DNA of 64,000 bases, taken from the NCBI GenBank assembly GCA_965204535.1, contig CBDBEV010000001.1:576001-640000 (forward strand). The letters run 5' to 3'. Positions 27,151 to 37,110 of the stretch are shown here, piece after piece (the first letter of the stretch is position 1; each line of letters opens with the position of its first letter). Below the pieces are notes generated by a model that had not been told where the DNA came from, ran no database searches, and was given only the letters and a program-made list of their open reading frames with translations. This DNA is from a bacterium. GTDB lineage: Bacteria > UBA8248. The translations under genes were made by a program, and so were the position numbers.

Positions 27151-27999
27151 ATGGTTATGAGCCATCAAAGAACTCACAGACTGAAACCACTCCTGGACAA
27201 GGTCCCACCGGGCTTTATGGTCGATACGCCGTGGCTCAGGGCGCAGGGCATCGATCCCAAGTCCATCCACAACTACGTGGCTCGTGGATGGCTGGAGCGG
27301 ATCATCCGAGGGGTTTATCGCCGTCCTCTGCCCCAGGGCGTGCAGAGCTCTGCAGGGACATCCTGGGAGATATTCCTGCTCTCGCTGCAATGGGTCATGA
27401 AGCATGACGTTCATCTCGGAGGCGAGAGCGCGCTCGACCTCGCGGGCCATGCCCATTACGTCGGCCTCGGCGGTTTGCCGCGCGTTCATTTCTACGGCCA
27501 TGCGCCGCCATGGCTGAAACGATTGCCGACGCAGGCGAAGATCGTCATGCATCGCTCCGCGCTCTTCGGCGATGACCTAACCGGTGTCATCGACGCCGCT
27601 CATGATACCGAAGAGCCCGCCCGGGCAGTGAATGTCTGGCGGTGGCCCATAAAGGCCTCCTCGCCGGAGCGCGCCGTCCTCGAGGCGCTCGACGAACTGC
27701 CGAACCACGCGAGCTTCGACAACCTGGACAAAATCTTCGAAGGACTGACGACATTGCGGCCGCGGCAATTGATGACACTGCTCACGCTCTGCCGAAGCGT
27801 TAAAGTCCGGCGGCTGTTTTTCGTCTTCGCGGACAGGCACCGACATCCATGGCGCAAGCACCTGAACACCTCGAGGGTTGGCTTCGGTTCGGGGCCGCGA
27901 GCCTTGGTCAAGGGCGGCCGACTTCATCCGACCCATCGGATCTATGTACCCGAGGACTTTGCTTCTGTGAACAGGGACGAGGCAGGCACCGATGCATGA
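27151..27999 (+). CDS. abiEi: type IV TA antitoxin AbiEi
   Basis: GWLERI.RGVY, SAL.L.GHAHY, SSPERAVLE.L, C.SVKVRRLF motifs; overlaps the toxin gene. Confidence 0.9.
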   Translation: MVMSHQRTHRLKPLLDKVPPGFMVDTPWLRAQGIDPKSIHNYVARGWLERIIRGVYRRPLPQGVQSSAGTSWEIFLLSLQWVMKHDVHLGGESALDLAGHAHYVGLGGLPRVHFYGHAPPWLKRLPTQAKIVMHRSALFGDDLTGVIDAAHDTEEPARAVNVWRWPIKASSPERAVLEALDELPNHASFDNLDKIFEGLTTLRPRQLMTLLTLCRSVKVRRLFFVFADRHRHPWRKHLNTSRVGFGSGPRALVKGGRLHPTHRIYVPEDFASVNRDEAGTDA

Positions 28000-28906
28000 G
28001 CGCTATGTACATCGGGTTCGGCTGCTGCTGAGCGTCCTGCCGCATATCGCGCGGGAGAACGTGTTCGCGCTCAAGGGCGGTACTGCCATCAACCTGTTCT
28101 ACCGGGACATGCCGCGGCTCTCCGTCGATATTGACCTCACCTACTTGCCGGTGGATAACCGCGAGAAATCGCTCAAGGATATCGACGAGACGCTTGAGCG
28201 GATTATGGCGTCGGTCACTGCTCGCAACCCAAGCCTGGAGGTGAGGCGCATCCCAGGCGGTGGCAACATCGATACACGGATCATGGTCGGTGACGGCCAG
28301 GCGCAGACAAAAATCGAAACCTCACCTGTAACGCGCGGGTCGGTGCATCCGCCATTGCTGATGACGGCATCGGACACCGTGACGGAGCGATTCGGCTTCG
28401 TCGAGGTGAATGTCCTCGCATTTGAGGACCTCTACGGCGGCAAGCTGCATGCGGCGCTCGACCGCCAGCACCCGCGCGACCTCTTCGATGTCAAACTTCT
28501 TTACGAGAACGAAGGCCTCACCGACGAATTGTTCCGCGCGTTCATGGTCTATGTGGCGAGTTCAAGTCGACCGGTGCATGAACTGCTGGCGCCGGGCGCT
28601 CCCTTCCAGGACGAGTTGTACGACGAAGAGTTCGTGGGAATGACGCGAGAAGCCGTGACCAAAGAGGCGCTCATCGAAACGCGCGCGCGCCTGCACACCG
28701 ACATCAGAGAACGGTTGACGGGAGACATTGCGGCCTTCCTGCTTTCGCTCCAGGATGCAGAACCCGACTTCGACCTGATAAACCTTTCCACAGCGGTGGA
28801 CCTTCCTGCGGTTCGCTGGAAGTTGCTCAACCTCGAGAAGCTCAAAGATGAGAACCCTGAAAAGCATGCGGCGCAAAGGGGCATGCTCGAAGACCTGTTT
28901 CACTAA
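27992..28906 (+). CDS. abiEii: type IV TA nucleotidyltransferase toxin AbiEii
   Basis: FALKGGTAINLF, RLSVDIDL, KL.AALDRQHPRDLFD. Confidence 0.93.
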   Translation: MHERYVHRVRLLLSVLPHIARENVFALKGGTAINLFYRDMPRLSVDIDLTYLPVDNREKSLKDIDETLERIMASVTARNPSLEVRRIPGGGNIDTRIMVGDGQAQTKIETSPVTRGSVHPPLLMTASDTVTERFGFVEVNVLAFEDLYGGKLHAALDRQHPRDLFDVKLLYENEGLTDELFRAFMVYVASSSRPVHELLAPGAPFQDELYDEEFVGMTREAVTKEALIETRARLHTDIRERLTGDIAAFLLSLQDAEPDFDLINLSTAVDLPAVRWKLLNLEKLKDENPEKHAAQRGMLEDLFH

Positions 28907-29522
28907 TGACGAGGCGTTCAAGCCGGGGTTTCTTGCAGAATGTTCAGTTCCCGGGATTTGGATGACCGATTGTCGTTTTCAGGCAATGGGCAGCGGATAA
29001 TGTATCAAGGGAGGTTTAGCAAACTCGTTGAGGATGGTTTGCTCAGTCTTACACTCGTTTATGGGCGCTAGGGGATTTCCAACGGCTGTGAAGTCTTTGT
29101 TGTTTGTTGGAACTATTGCAGATATTTGTTTTTTGAATTTCGAACCAGGTTCACTATTTGAAATTTGTTATCAAAACGCAAGCGGATGAATTGCAATTTT
29201 TGCGCACTCCTACGAATGTTTGTCGCACCGTCTTCAAAATCCAGTTCAAGGTAGTTTGCTTGTAGTCTTACTCCGGCGTTTCACAAGAAGTCTGAGTCGA
29301 TGATGCGTTGCGACTATATTAGGAACACACCGCTAAAATAGGTTTCTTAGTTGGCCGAAAATATCTGAGTCGCAAGTCTAGTCGCGATTATCTTTCTTCC
29401 ATTCTGAAAAACCGTAGGCAGTTTCGTGTCGTAGTCATGATGCCCATTAGGCTGAAGTGGACAAGCGAGGCGGACTTCTGATAGCGCACCGCGACTTGCT
29501 CAGCAACTCTCAATCGTCTCTG

Positions 29523-29569
29523 GTCAAAGTCTTTGACAGGTTCCGAACTCAAAAACTATAGACTATAAT
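29523..29569 (+). promoter_or_regulatory. promoter with palindromic operator upstream of the ParB-SNF2-rSAM operon
   Basis: Perfect palindrome GTCAAAG-T-CTTTGAC (29523-29537) overlapping TTGACA (29533-29538); TATAGA at 29557 and TATAAT at 29564. Confidence 0.5.
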
Positions 29570-29595
29570 GTCAGATATTCGGGAGAAGAGAACTA

Positions 29596-30630
29596 ATGAT
29601 AGAAAATCATAAAATGCTGAATGTCGAAGCGATCTCTTTCGACACCGAAAACCCCAGAATAAAGATGGCACTGGAGAAGTATGGAGATCAGCTAAATGCT
29701 GAGCGCATACATTTTGCTTTGCGTTCGGCTACAGATGGTACAAGAGGGACTTCCTCTTATGCTTCTCTTAGAGATTCAATACTCACAAGTCGTGGGGTGA
29801 TATCTCCGATTACGGTCATTATTCAAAACGGCGAATATGTTTGTATCGACGGAAACACTCGTCTTGCTATCTACAAACAATTTCTCAGAGAAAATGTAGA
29901 GGGGACTTGGGCCGAGATCAAAGCAATTGTATTGGACCGTGCGGACCAACGGGACATTGAGACAATACGCGTATCAGCACATCTGGTTGGCTCCAGAGAA
30001 TGGCCCGCCTACGAAAAGGCGAGGTATCTTCATTATCTACGCAATAGTAGATTTATGGATTACAATGAAATGATAGCACTTTGTGGCGGCAACAAACTCC
30101 ACATAGAACGCGAGATTGATGCTTATCATGACATGAACGAATATTATCGTGATGTAGTTGACGACACGGCATTTCATATTGATAGGTTTAGCGGATTTCG
30201 TGAATTGCAAAAACCGAGGATCAAGGAAGCCATTTTCGAAGCCGGCCTGGAATTGAAGGATTTTGGGGAATGGATTCGCGACGGAAAAATATACAGGTTG
30301 GAAGATGTACGAGACTTACCAACTGTTCTTCGTGACGATGAAGCAAAAGAAATATTTCTTACTGGCGGTCCTCACTCCATAGAAGCGGCGGTCAAATTAC
30401 TTGATCAAAAGGCAGAAAAAGAATCCGGTCAAACAGACGCTGAGATTACACTGGAATCTGCATCTATATTTCAACTAGCGGAGATTCTTTCGCGTCGTAT
30501 CTATGATTTGCCTTATTCTGAAGTGCGGGCGCTAAAAAATAGGGAGCATGACGACGTTGCAGAACAGATAGACACTTTAGAGGGTTTGTCAGCACGTTTA
30601 CAAAGTTTGCTTGAAGATGTCTCAGAGTGA
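29596..30630 (+). CDS. ParB/Srx-like N-terminal domain protein 1
   Basis: FDTENPRI, PI.V, CIDGNTRLA, W.AYEKA motifs. Confidence 0.8.
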   Translation: MIENHKMLNVEAISFDTENPRIKMALEKYGDQLNAERIHFALRSATDGTRGTSSYASLRDSILTSRGVISPITVIIQNGEYVCIDGNTRLAIYKQFLRENVEGTWAEIKAIVLDRADQRDIETIRVSAHLVGSREWPAYEKARYLHYLRNSRFMDYNEMIALCGGNKLHIEREIDAYHDMNEYYRDVVDDTAFHIDRFSGFRELQKPRIKEAIFEAGLELKDFGEWIRDGKIYRLEDVRDLPTVLRDDEAKEIFLTGGPHSIEAAVKLLDQKAEKESGQTDAEITLESASIFQLAEILSRRIYDLPYSEVRALKNREHDDVAEQIDTLEGLSARLQSLLEDVSE

Positions 30631-31060
30631 GCAACACAGAAATTTGGTAATTGAGGTAGTGAAAGCGCTTGAGGCCCGGTGTCCGTTAATGTCGATTATT
30701 GTTGACGTGCAACAGAAGCCTGGCGACGAAGTGCCTCCGCTAATTAATGGCTTCCGCCCGGATGTGTATGCTCGGAAAGATACCGATAATTCTGTCGTTA
30801 TTGCTGAAGCCAAGACCGATAACGACCTCAAGAATAAACATACCGATAACCAAGTAGAGTCTTTTATTTACTATCTTGAGCGAAGAAGAGATGGTTTTTT
30901 CATCCTGTCTGTAACAGGCTGCGGAGCTGATCGCGCCAAGACCTTATTACGGTTTGTGCGTCAGGAAATGCATATAACCAGAACAACCATTGCTGTATTC
31001 GACGGCTGTGACTTTTGGTTGCTGGATTCAAGCGACGGTGTGACATGGCATTTAAGCTAA
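30617..31060 (+). CDS. small PD-(D/E)xK nuclease-fold protein
   Basis: GFRPDVYA...VIAEAKT motif; overlaps both neighbours. Confidence 0.65.
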   Translation: MSQSEQHRNLVIEVVKALEARCPLMSIIVDVQQKPGDEVPPLINGFRPDVYARKDTDNSVVIAEAKTDNDLKNKHTDNQVESFIYYLERRRDGFFILSVTGCGADRAKTLLRFVRQEMHITRTTIAVFDGCDFWLLDSSDGVTWHLS

Positions 31061-32511
31061 GAAAACCCCCAAAACTAAGCTCTAGACATGACGCTTACCC
31101 ATATCAGCTCGATGCGGTCAGGGCGGTGGAATCTCTGCCCTACGCCGCGATATTTCATGAACAGGGGCTGGGCAAGACAAAGATCGCAATTGATCTCATG
31201 TTAGGGTGGCTAACTGAAGATGTCGTCGATACAGTGTTTGTCATTACGAAAAAGACATTGGTTCAAAATTGGGTCGATGAACTGGCGTCTCATTCGCATC
31301 TTACGCCGAGAATTCTGTCGGGTAACCGCCGAGAAAACAGCATTGCTCTGAACTCACCTGTATTGGTCTACATCATGAACTACGAGGTTATATCAACAAA
31401 CCTTGATCTCATTCGCGAGTTCCTTGGCACCTGCCGAGTGGGAGCAATCCTGGACGAAAGCCAGAAGATCAAGAATCCAGAATCAAACCTATCGGCCTGT
31501 TTTCATTCCATAGCCGACAAATTTGAGCGCCGCATCATCATGACTGGTACTCCTGTAGCTAATCGTCCTTATGACATTTGGTCACAGATCAAGTTTCTGG
31601 ATGATGGCAAATCACTTGGGGCCTCGTTTCCCGAATTTAAGACTGCGCTCGATTTGCCGCTCAAATCTTCCTCGGTGTCAGGGTATGGACCGCGGCTAGC
31701 TGATGTTATGGGCAAAATCAAGCATTTCTCAATACGCGATACGAAACGAACAGCAGGGATCGAACTTCCTGACAAAACCATTCTGACTCATTTAGTCGAA
31801 TTGGCGCCTCGCCAGTCAGCAATTTATGCTTTGTACAGAAACGAACTGAGATACGAGTTTCAAGGCGATAGCGGTCTAGTCATTGATGACGCTGAAGACA
31901 TTTTGAAACGCCTTTTGCGCTTGGTTCAGTGCGCCTCGAATCCGGCCCTCCTTGATGAAGCCTACAATGAACTTCCTACGAAATTTTCGAAACTAGTTGA
32001 GTTATTCCACGATATTGAGGTTCAATCGAACAAAGCAATTATCTGGACCGGATTTATTAAAAATGTCGAATGGTTGAGCGGTAAACTAGCTCATCTCATG
32101 CCACAAAAAGTGCATGGGAACATGTCTGTTGCCGACCGAAACGAGTCAATTAAAATATTCAAGATAGACAGCGACTGCAGAATTTTAGTGGCTACACCCG
32201 GGTCGGCAAAAGAAGGGTTGACCTTGACGGTTGCCAACCACGCGATATTTTATGATCGTGGATTCAGCCTTGATGATTACCTACAAGCACAGGACCGTAT
32301 ACACAGAATTTCTCAAACGGAAAACTGCTTCATACACAATCTAATTGCCAAGGACACAATTGATGAGTGGGTGGATGCGCTACTAAATGCCAAGTACCAA
32401 GCTGCTCAATTGGCACAGGGAGATATATCACATGAAGAGTTTGATGCGATATTTACATGTGACCTCTCAGAAGCATTGAAACAAATATTATCTCCCGAAG
32501 GGCATTTGTAA
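31045..32511 (+). CDS. minimal SNF2/SWI2-family SF2 helicase-translocase
   Basis: YQ, EQGLGKT, LDESQKIKN, MTGTP..N, EGLTL, QAQDRIHRISQ. Confidence 0.92.
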   Translation: MAFKLRKPPKLSSRHDAYPYQLDAVRAVESLPYAAIFHEQGLGKTKIAIDLMLGWLTEDVVDTVFVITKKTLVQNWVDELASHSHLTPRILSGNRRENSIALNSPVLVYIMNYEVISTNLDLIREFLGTCRVGAILDESQKIKNPESNLSACFHSIADKFERRIIMTGTPVANRPYDIWSQIKFLDDGKSLGASFPEFKTALDLPLKSSSVSGYGPRLADVMGKIKHFSIRDTKRTAGIELPDKTILTHLVELAPRQSAIYALYRNELRYEFQGDSGLVIDDAEDILKRLLRLVQCASNPALLDEAYNELPTKFSKLVELFHDIEVQSNKAIIWTGFIKNVEWLSGKLAHLMPQKVHGNMSVADRNESIKIFKIDSDCRILVATPGSAKEGLTLTVANHAIFYDRGFSLDDYLQAQDRIHRISQTENCFIHNLIAKDTIDEWVDALLNAKYQAAQLAQGDISHEEFDAIFTCDLSEALKQILSPEGHL

Positions 32512-32530
32512 TGTGTAAAGGAGAAATTAT

Positions 32531-33541
32531 ATGGAAAAAAGAAAGATAAAGCTGCTGCGTGAAGAAATTCCTCTAAGCAGCGATTTTGAGGATATACATA
32601 GTCTCAAATTCCTGAAAGACAATCCTAGGGTATACGCTTGTACACATGGGCATCCTAACTTTGAAAACCTGATGGAGGAAGAGCAACAAGACATTATTTT
32701 AGAAAAACTCCTTCAGGAACCCAGCGTCAAAAATCTGATTCCTGACGTCAAGCGGCACGGTGGGCTTATGGAGTCGATATTGATCCGCAAGGATACAATG
32801 GAAGTCATAGAAGGCAATTCCCGATTAGCCGTTTATCGAAAATTATATGATGATGAGGTGGCAGGTGATTGGGAACTTATTCCTTGTGACATAGTAAGCA
32901 ACCTCACAGAAGACCAACAGGCAGCCTTCTTAAATCAGATTCATGTCAAAGGCAAAACACAGTGGTCACCCTATGAACAGGCCAATTTCGCCTATGTGCG
33001 TAAGGCTCAAGGATGGCGCTTCGACAAGATCGCAGATCTGTTTGGGGAGTCGGAGGTAACAATACGCACTAGAGTTAGAATTATTCAGATGATGAAGGAC
33101 AACGAAGATAGCCAACAGCCTCATTTCAGTTTTTATGACGTTATAGTTCGTAAACCGGAAATTTCAAAGGCAATAAATGACGATGCAAATCTCCGCGGCT
33201 GCCTCATGGTAAAAATTAAAAATTTTGATACAGGGGAGGAGGGCAACGAGTTTACGGCACAAGACCTGAGAAATAAGCTCCCGGCACTTCTGAAGAAACC
33301 CAAAGTGCTAAAAAAGTTTATTGTCGGCGAGATTGATCTGGATGAGGGATATCAACGTGCCAAGATCAGCCAAGTAGAAGAGAGAGTAAGAAAGGCGGTG
33401 GCTCTTCTTGATGATGTCGAGCACAATGATATTTCACAACTGGAGCAAGTCCGTTTTAACGCGTTCAAGCAAGATGTCCGGAAACTGGCGCAGAGAGTTG
33501 ACAGAATAAATCGGATGATAACAGGTATTGGTGCAAAATGA
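32531..33541 (+). CDS. ParB/Srx-like N-terminal domain protein 2
   Basis: LKDNPRV, GGL.ESI, VIEGNSRLA, H..GK..WSPYEQA, following HTH-like segment. Confidence 0.8.
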   Translation: MEKRKIKLLREEIPLSSDFEDIHSLKFLKDNPRVYACTHGHPNFENLMEEEQQDIILEKLLQEPSVKNLIPDVKRHGGLMESILIRKDTMEVIEGNSRLAVYRKLYDDEVAGDWELIPCDIVSNLTEDQQAAFLNQIHVKGKTQWSPYEQANFAYVRKAQGWRFDKIADLFGESEVTIRTRVRIIQMMKDNEDSQQPHFSFYDVIVRKPEISKAINDDANLRGCLMVKIKNFDTGEEGNEFTAQDLRNKLPALLKKPKVLKKFIVGEIDLDEGYQRAKISQVEERVRKAVALLDDVEHNDISQLEQVRFNAFKQDVRKLAQRVDRINRMITGIGAK

Positions 33542-35193
33542 CTGCAAGAAACGTCCTACTGATCGAGCCGGGCTACCCCAATAAGTACCCGCCTCTCGGC
33601 TTAATGAAGCTGGCCGCATACCACGGCCCCCAAGGACGTGGAGACCGTGTTTGTTTCATCAAGGGCGAAGTAAAGGATGTGCTGGATGAACCATGGGACC
33701 GTGTCTATGTCACAACCTTGTTCAGCTTCGAATGGGCGCGTACGGCGCGGGCCATAGACTTCGCGCTTAAGGCGTCAGGCAACCAGCCTGAGCGAGTGTT
33801 CGTCGGTGGCATCGCGGCCTCGCTCATGCGCGACGAATTTGTGAAGGAGCCGCGCTGGGCGGGCGTCCGGTTCATCCAGGGTTTGCTCGACGGAGCGCCG
33901 GCCCAAGCGCTTGAATTATCACTAGATAATTGTGACTTCGGCGCCGATGACTTGACCGGAACACCGATTGAAGAATTAGTCCCTGACTACGGCATCCTCG
34001 ACCAGACAGACTATACATACCCTGTCCATGATGCGTATTTTGGTTACGCCTCTCGCGGTTGCGTACGCAAGTGCGCCTTCTGTGGAGTGCCCAAACTGGA
34101 AGGCGACCAGCGCGAAATGCCACCGCTTACGAATCTCGTCAACGGAATCGATAAGGCGTATGGGCCGAAAAAAGATCTCGTATTGATGGATAACAACATC
34201 ACGGCGTCCGCGCGCTACAAGGAGGTGATCGCCGAAATCCGCGACCTCGGTTTCACGCCTGGGGCGAAGTTTGAGCGAGACGGACTTCAATCGCTGAAGC
34301 GCCGCGTCGATTTCAATCAAGGGGTCGATGCCCGCATTCTAGTCAAATCACCAATGTTTCTGCGGGAGATGTCCACAATTTGCATCAGTCCTCTTCGTAT
34401 CGCCTTCGACCACATCGGTGTGCGCAAGGTCTATGAAGCCTCGGTCCGCATGGCCGTGGACAACAGAATCACTTCAATGTCCAACTACATGCTCTACAAC
34501 TTCATGGACACGCCGGAGGACCTGTACGAGAGGATGCGGCTTAATATCGCTCTCAACGAAGAGTTGGGAATCCGTCTTTGGTCATTTCCGATGCGTTACC
34601 AGCCCGTTACGCTTAAAGACCGCTCTCACGTGGGAATAAACTGGAATCGATACTATCTGCGCTCGTTCCAGATCATGCTGCAGGCGACTCGTGGAATCAT
34701 CAGCGGCAACCCCCCCTTCTTCATGCGAGCCTATGGTCAGGACAAGCGGGCTTTCAAACAGTTGTTGAGCCTTCCGCATGTGTTCATTTTCCATCGTGAT
34801 TATTACGAGAACGGGCCTGGGCGTGCGGTACGAGATGAATACGAGGGATTGCGCCGTCGACTCTCCGAAAGCCAGGAACAAGAACTAATCCATTATCTTT
34901 CCGGTCCGGTCGAAGCGAAAGGGCTGCGACGGGAACATTATCGGCGGCTGGTCACAGATCGGAGTGTTGATCCTCTTATTCGAAAAATTGTCCCCTTCCA
35001 TATTTTGGACACTAAAGACACTCCAGGTATGGAAACCAGTAAACTTCTGCCGCTTTTCCCGGAGTTGAACCCTAACCCCGTCATGCCTGAAAAGGACGAG
35101 GTCGTTGAAGACGCCGGTTTGTTCGACCATGAACATATTCTGAATGGGAAGGAAAAAGTCGTTCTGCCTGTCATGGACCAGCAGACAGGTTGA
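33538..35193 (+). CDS. radical SAM enzyme with B12-binding-like N-terminal domain
   Basis: LLIEP...YPPLGLMKLAAY, VFVGG..AS, SRGCVRKCAFC (CxxxCxxC), MDNN, VDFNQGVDAR; ATGA overlap with the upstream gene. Confidence 0.9.
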   Translation: MTARNVLLIEPGYPNKYPPLGLMKLAAYHGPQGRGDRVCFIKGEVKDVLDEPWDRVYVTTLFSFEWARTARAIDFALKASGNQPERVFVGGIAASLMRDEFVKEPRWAGVRFIQGLLDGAPAQALELSLDNCDFGADDLTGTPIEELVPDYGILDQTDYTYPVHDAYFGYASRGCVRKCAFCGVPKLEGDQREMPPLTNLVNGIDKAYGPKKDLVLMDNNITASARYKEVIAEIRDLGFTPGAKFERDGLQSLKRRVDFNQGVDARILVKSPMFLREMSTICISPLRIAFDHIGVRKVYEASVRMAVDNRITSMSNYMLYNFMDTPEDLYERMRLNIALNEELGIRLWSFPMRYQPVTLKDRSHVGINWNRYYLRSFQIMLQATRGIISGNPPFFMRAYGQDKRAFKQLLSLPHVFIFHRDYYENGPGRAVRDEYEGLRRRLSESQEQELIHYLSGPVEAKGLRREHYRRLVTDRSVDPLIRKIVPFHILDTKDTPGMETSKLLPLFPELNPNPVMPEKDEVVEDAGLFDHEHILNGKEKVVLPVMDQQTG

Positions 35194-35234
35194 GAGCGGT
35201 GAATTGAGAATTGAATTGCTTGGGGAGAAAAGAC

Positions 35235-36713
35235 ATGCTAGACGCGAACGCGCCGGAAGCATTGATCGGCGGCGATATTTTGAACCTCATCACCGTCGGC
35301 ATGTACGACAATCCACTGGCCATTTACCGGGAATACATCCAAAACGCGGCAGACGCCATCTCGAACGCTGAAAGTCTTAGGGACGGTAAAGTCGAAATCA
35401 ACATCGACCCATCTGGGTTGAGCGTAAGGATTCGTGATAACGGCCCGGGACTTTCTCACGAAGCGGCGCTTCGAGCGCTGTTACCTATTGCCAGAAGCCA
35501 GAAACAGCGGGGAACCGACAGCGGATTTCGGGGTATAGGTCGGTTGTCGGGATTGGCCTTCGCGGAGTCGGTTACCTTTAGAACACGAGATCAAGACGAT
35601 AAACCAGTTACTTGTATCATATGGGATGGACCCAAACTCCGTAACGCTATCGCCAAGGCCACAAAAACAGAGAGTGCGATCCGGGAATGTATTACCTTAG
35701 AAACTTTGTCTGCAGAGAAATATCCCGCTCATTTTTTCGAGGTCGAAGTTGGCGGGATTGGACGACACGCAGCAGGACTTTTACTCAATACGGAAGCCGT
35801 ACAGGCTTACATAGGCGAAGTCTGCCCAGTACCTATCGGTCCATCTTTCCCTTTCACTTCGGAGATCAATAATTTATTTAGAAAAGATAAAGCGACTCTA
35901 GATCTGGAAGTCACACTTAACGACGAACTCACTCCTGTGACACGACGATACGGAGAGGTAATTCGATTCTCTAAAGACAGAGAGGATCGATTTATTGAAT
36001 TTGAAGAAGTAGACATCTCCTCCGCAGATGGAAACGATATGGCCGCTGTAGGCTGGGTTGCGCATTCCTCCTATCTCGGCGCAATCCCGAAAGAACTCGG
36101 CATTCGAGGCATCCGGGCTCGTGCGGGAAACATTCAGATTGGTGATGAGAACGTGTTTGAGCATCTATTTCCTGAGGAGCGGTTTAACCGCTGGTGCGTC
36201 GGTGAGATTCACATAATGGACTCTCGTATTGTTCCGAACGGGCGACGTGACTACTTTGAGCTGGGACCACACACCAGAAACCTAGAAAATCAAATGGCTG
36301 CTGTCGCCCGTCGAATTTCGGCAAGATGTCGAACAGCGTCTACGGCACGCAATAAAGAGTACAAATTTCAGACTGAACTAGCTCAAATGGAAGAAACTTA
36401 TGATCTCGCAGTTTCAGGGTATCTATCCGCCGAAAACGCGAAGGCACTGATCGGGCAAGCATTGGATCGTATTCAGGGCATTCGGGAAAGCCTCGACACG
36501 ATGAACAGTCACGTGAGAGAAAACCTTGAGAAATTGTATGTCCTGGAGAGGAAGTTGAGCAGCTTCCGCGTTCGGCGTGGTCGTCCCCCTATGGGAAGTG
36601 TTTCAGCGTCTGAGGTCGCAACCTACAGAAAAATCTTCCAAACCTTGGCGGAGGCATCACCATCGCCACGCGCCGCAAAGGAAATGATAGAAGCCGTCTT
36701 GGCGAATGCTTAG
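35235..36713 (+). CDS. GHKL (HSP90/MORC-like) ATPase
   Basis: REYIQNAAD, DNGPG, GFRGIGRLSG, GNIQIG, VGEIH, PNGRRD. Confidence 0.88.
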   Translation: MLDANAPEALIGGDILNLITVGMYDNPLAIYREYIQNAADAISNAESLRDGKVEINIDPSGLSVRIRDNGPGLSHEAALRALLPIARSQKQRGTDSGFRGIGRLSGLAFAESVTFRTRDQDDKPVTCIIWDGPKLRNAIAKATKTESAIRECITLETLSAEKYPAHFFEVEVGGIGRHAAGLLLNTEAVQAYIGEVCPVPIGPSFPFTSEINNLFRKDKATLDLEVTLNDELTPVTRRYGEVIRFSKDREDRFIEFEEVDISSADGNDMAAVGWVAHSSYLGAIPKELGIRGIRARAGNIQIGDENVFEHLFPEERFNRWCVGEIHIMDSRIVPNGRRDYFELGPHTRNLENQMAAVARRISARCRTASTARNKEYKFQTELAQMEETYDLAVSGYLSAENAKALIGQALDRIQGIRESLDTMNSHVRENLEKLYVLERKLSSFRVRRGRPPMGSVSASEVATYRKIFQTLAEASPSPRAAKEMIEAVLANA

Positions 36714-37110
36714 CTCAGGCGGAGTGCAATCCATCGAAGAATATTGCGACAGGGGCTTGGAGGAAACTAAATTGAACAAAACATCCCGCTTGAGATTATC
36801 AAGGCAGTGCCGTTCAGGGGCGGGAGTAAACAAATCTAACTCGCCGCCTGACACTACCATCATAAACTTTTGGGCATAGCTCGCCCTTGTTCTAACAAAA
36901 TCTCTACCTAACACAAATAGCCGATGACCTCCTCTGGTTTGCAGCGCTTCATCTCTATCGGTAGTTCTTGTCTCCCCCCATAACCTGAAGATAACCTAAT
37001 CCACTAGGAATGAGTCGAGATTAGCATTTACGCTCTGTCAATTCCTAACTACCCTCCGTTACTTTATCTCCAAACTATTTACGGGTTTTTGCTTCGACAT
37101 TCTGTGTATC

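Noticed and set aside
29596-33541. Plasmid partition locus
   Set aside because: No ParA Walker-A ATPase; the ParB-like genes are embedded with a helicase and nuclease
36657-36914. 85-aa ORF between the two GHKL genes
   Set aside because: Overlaps the upstream gene end, no clear RBS or motif
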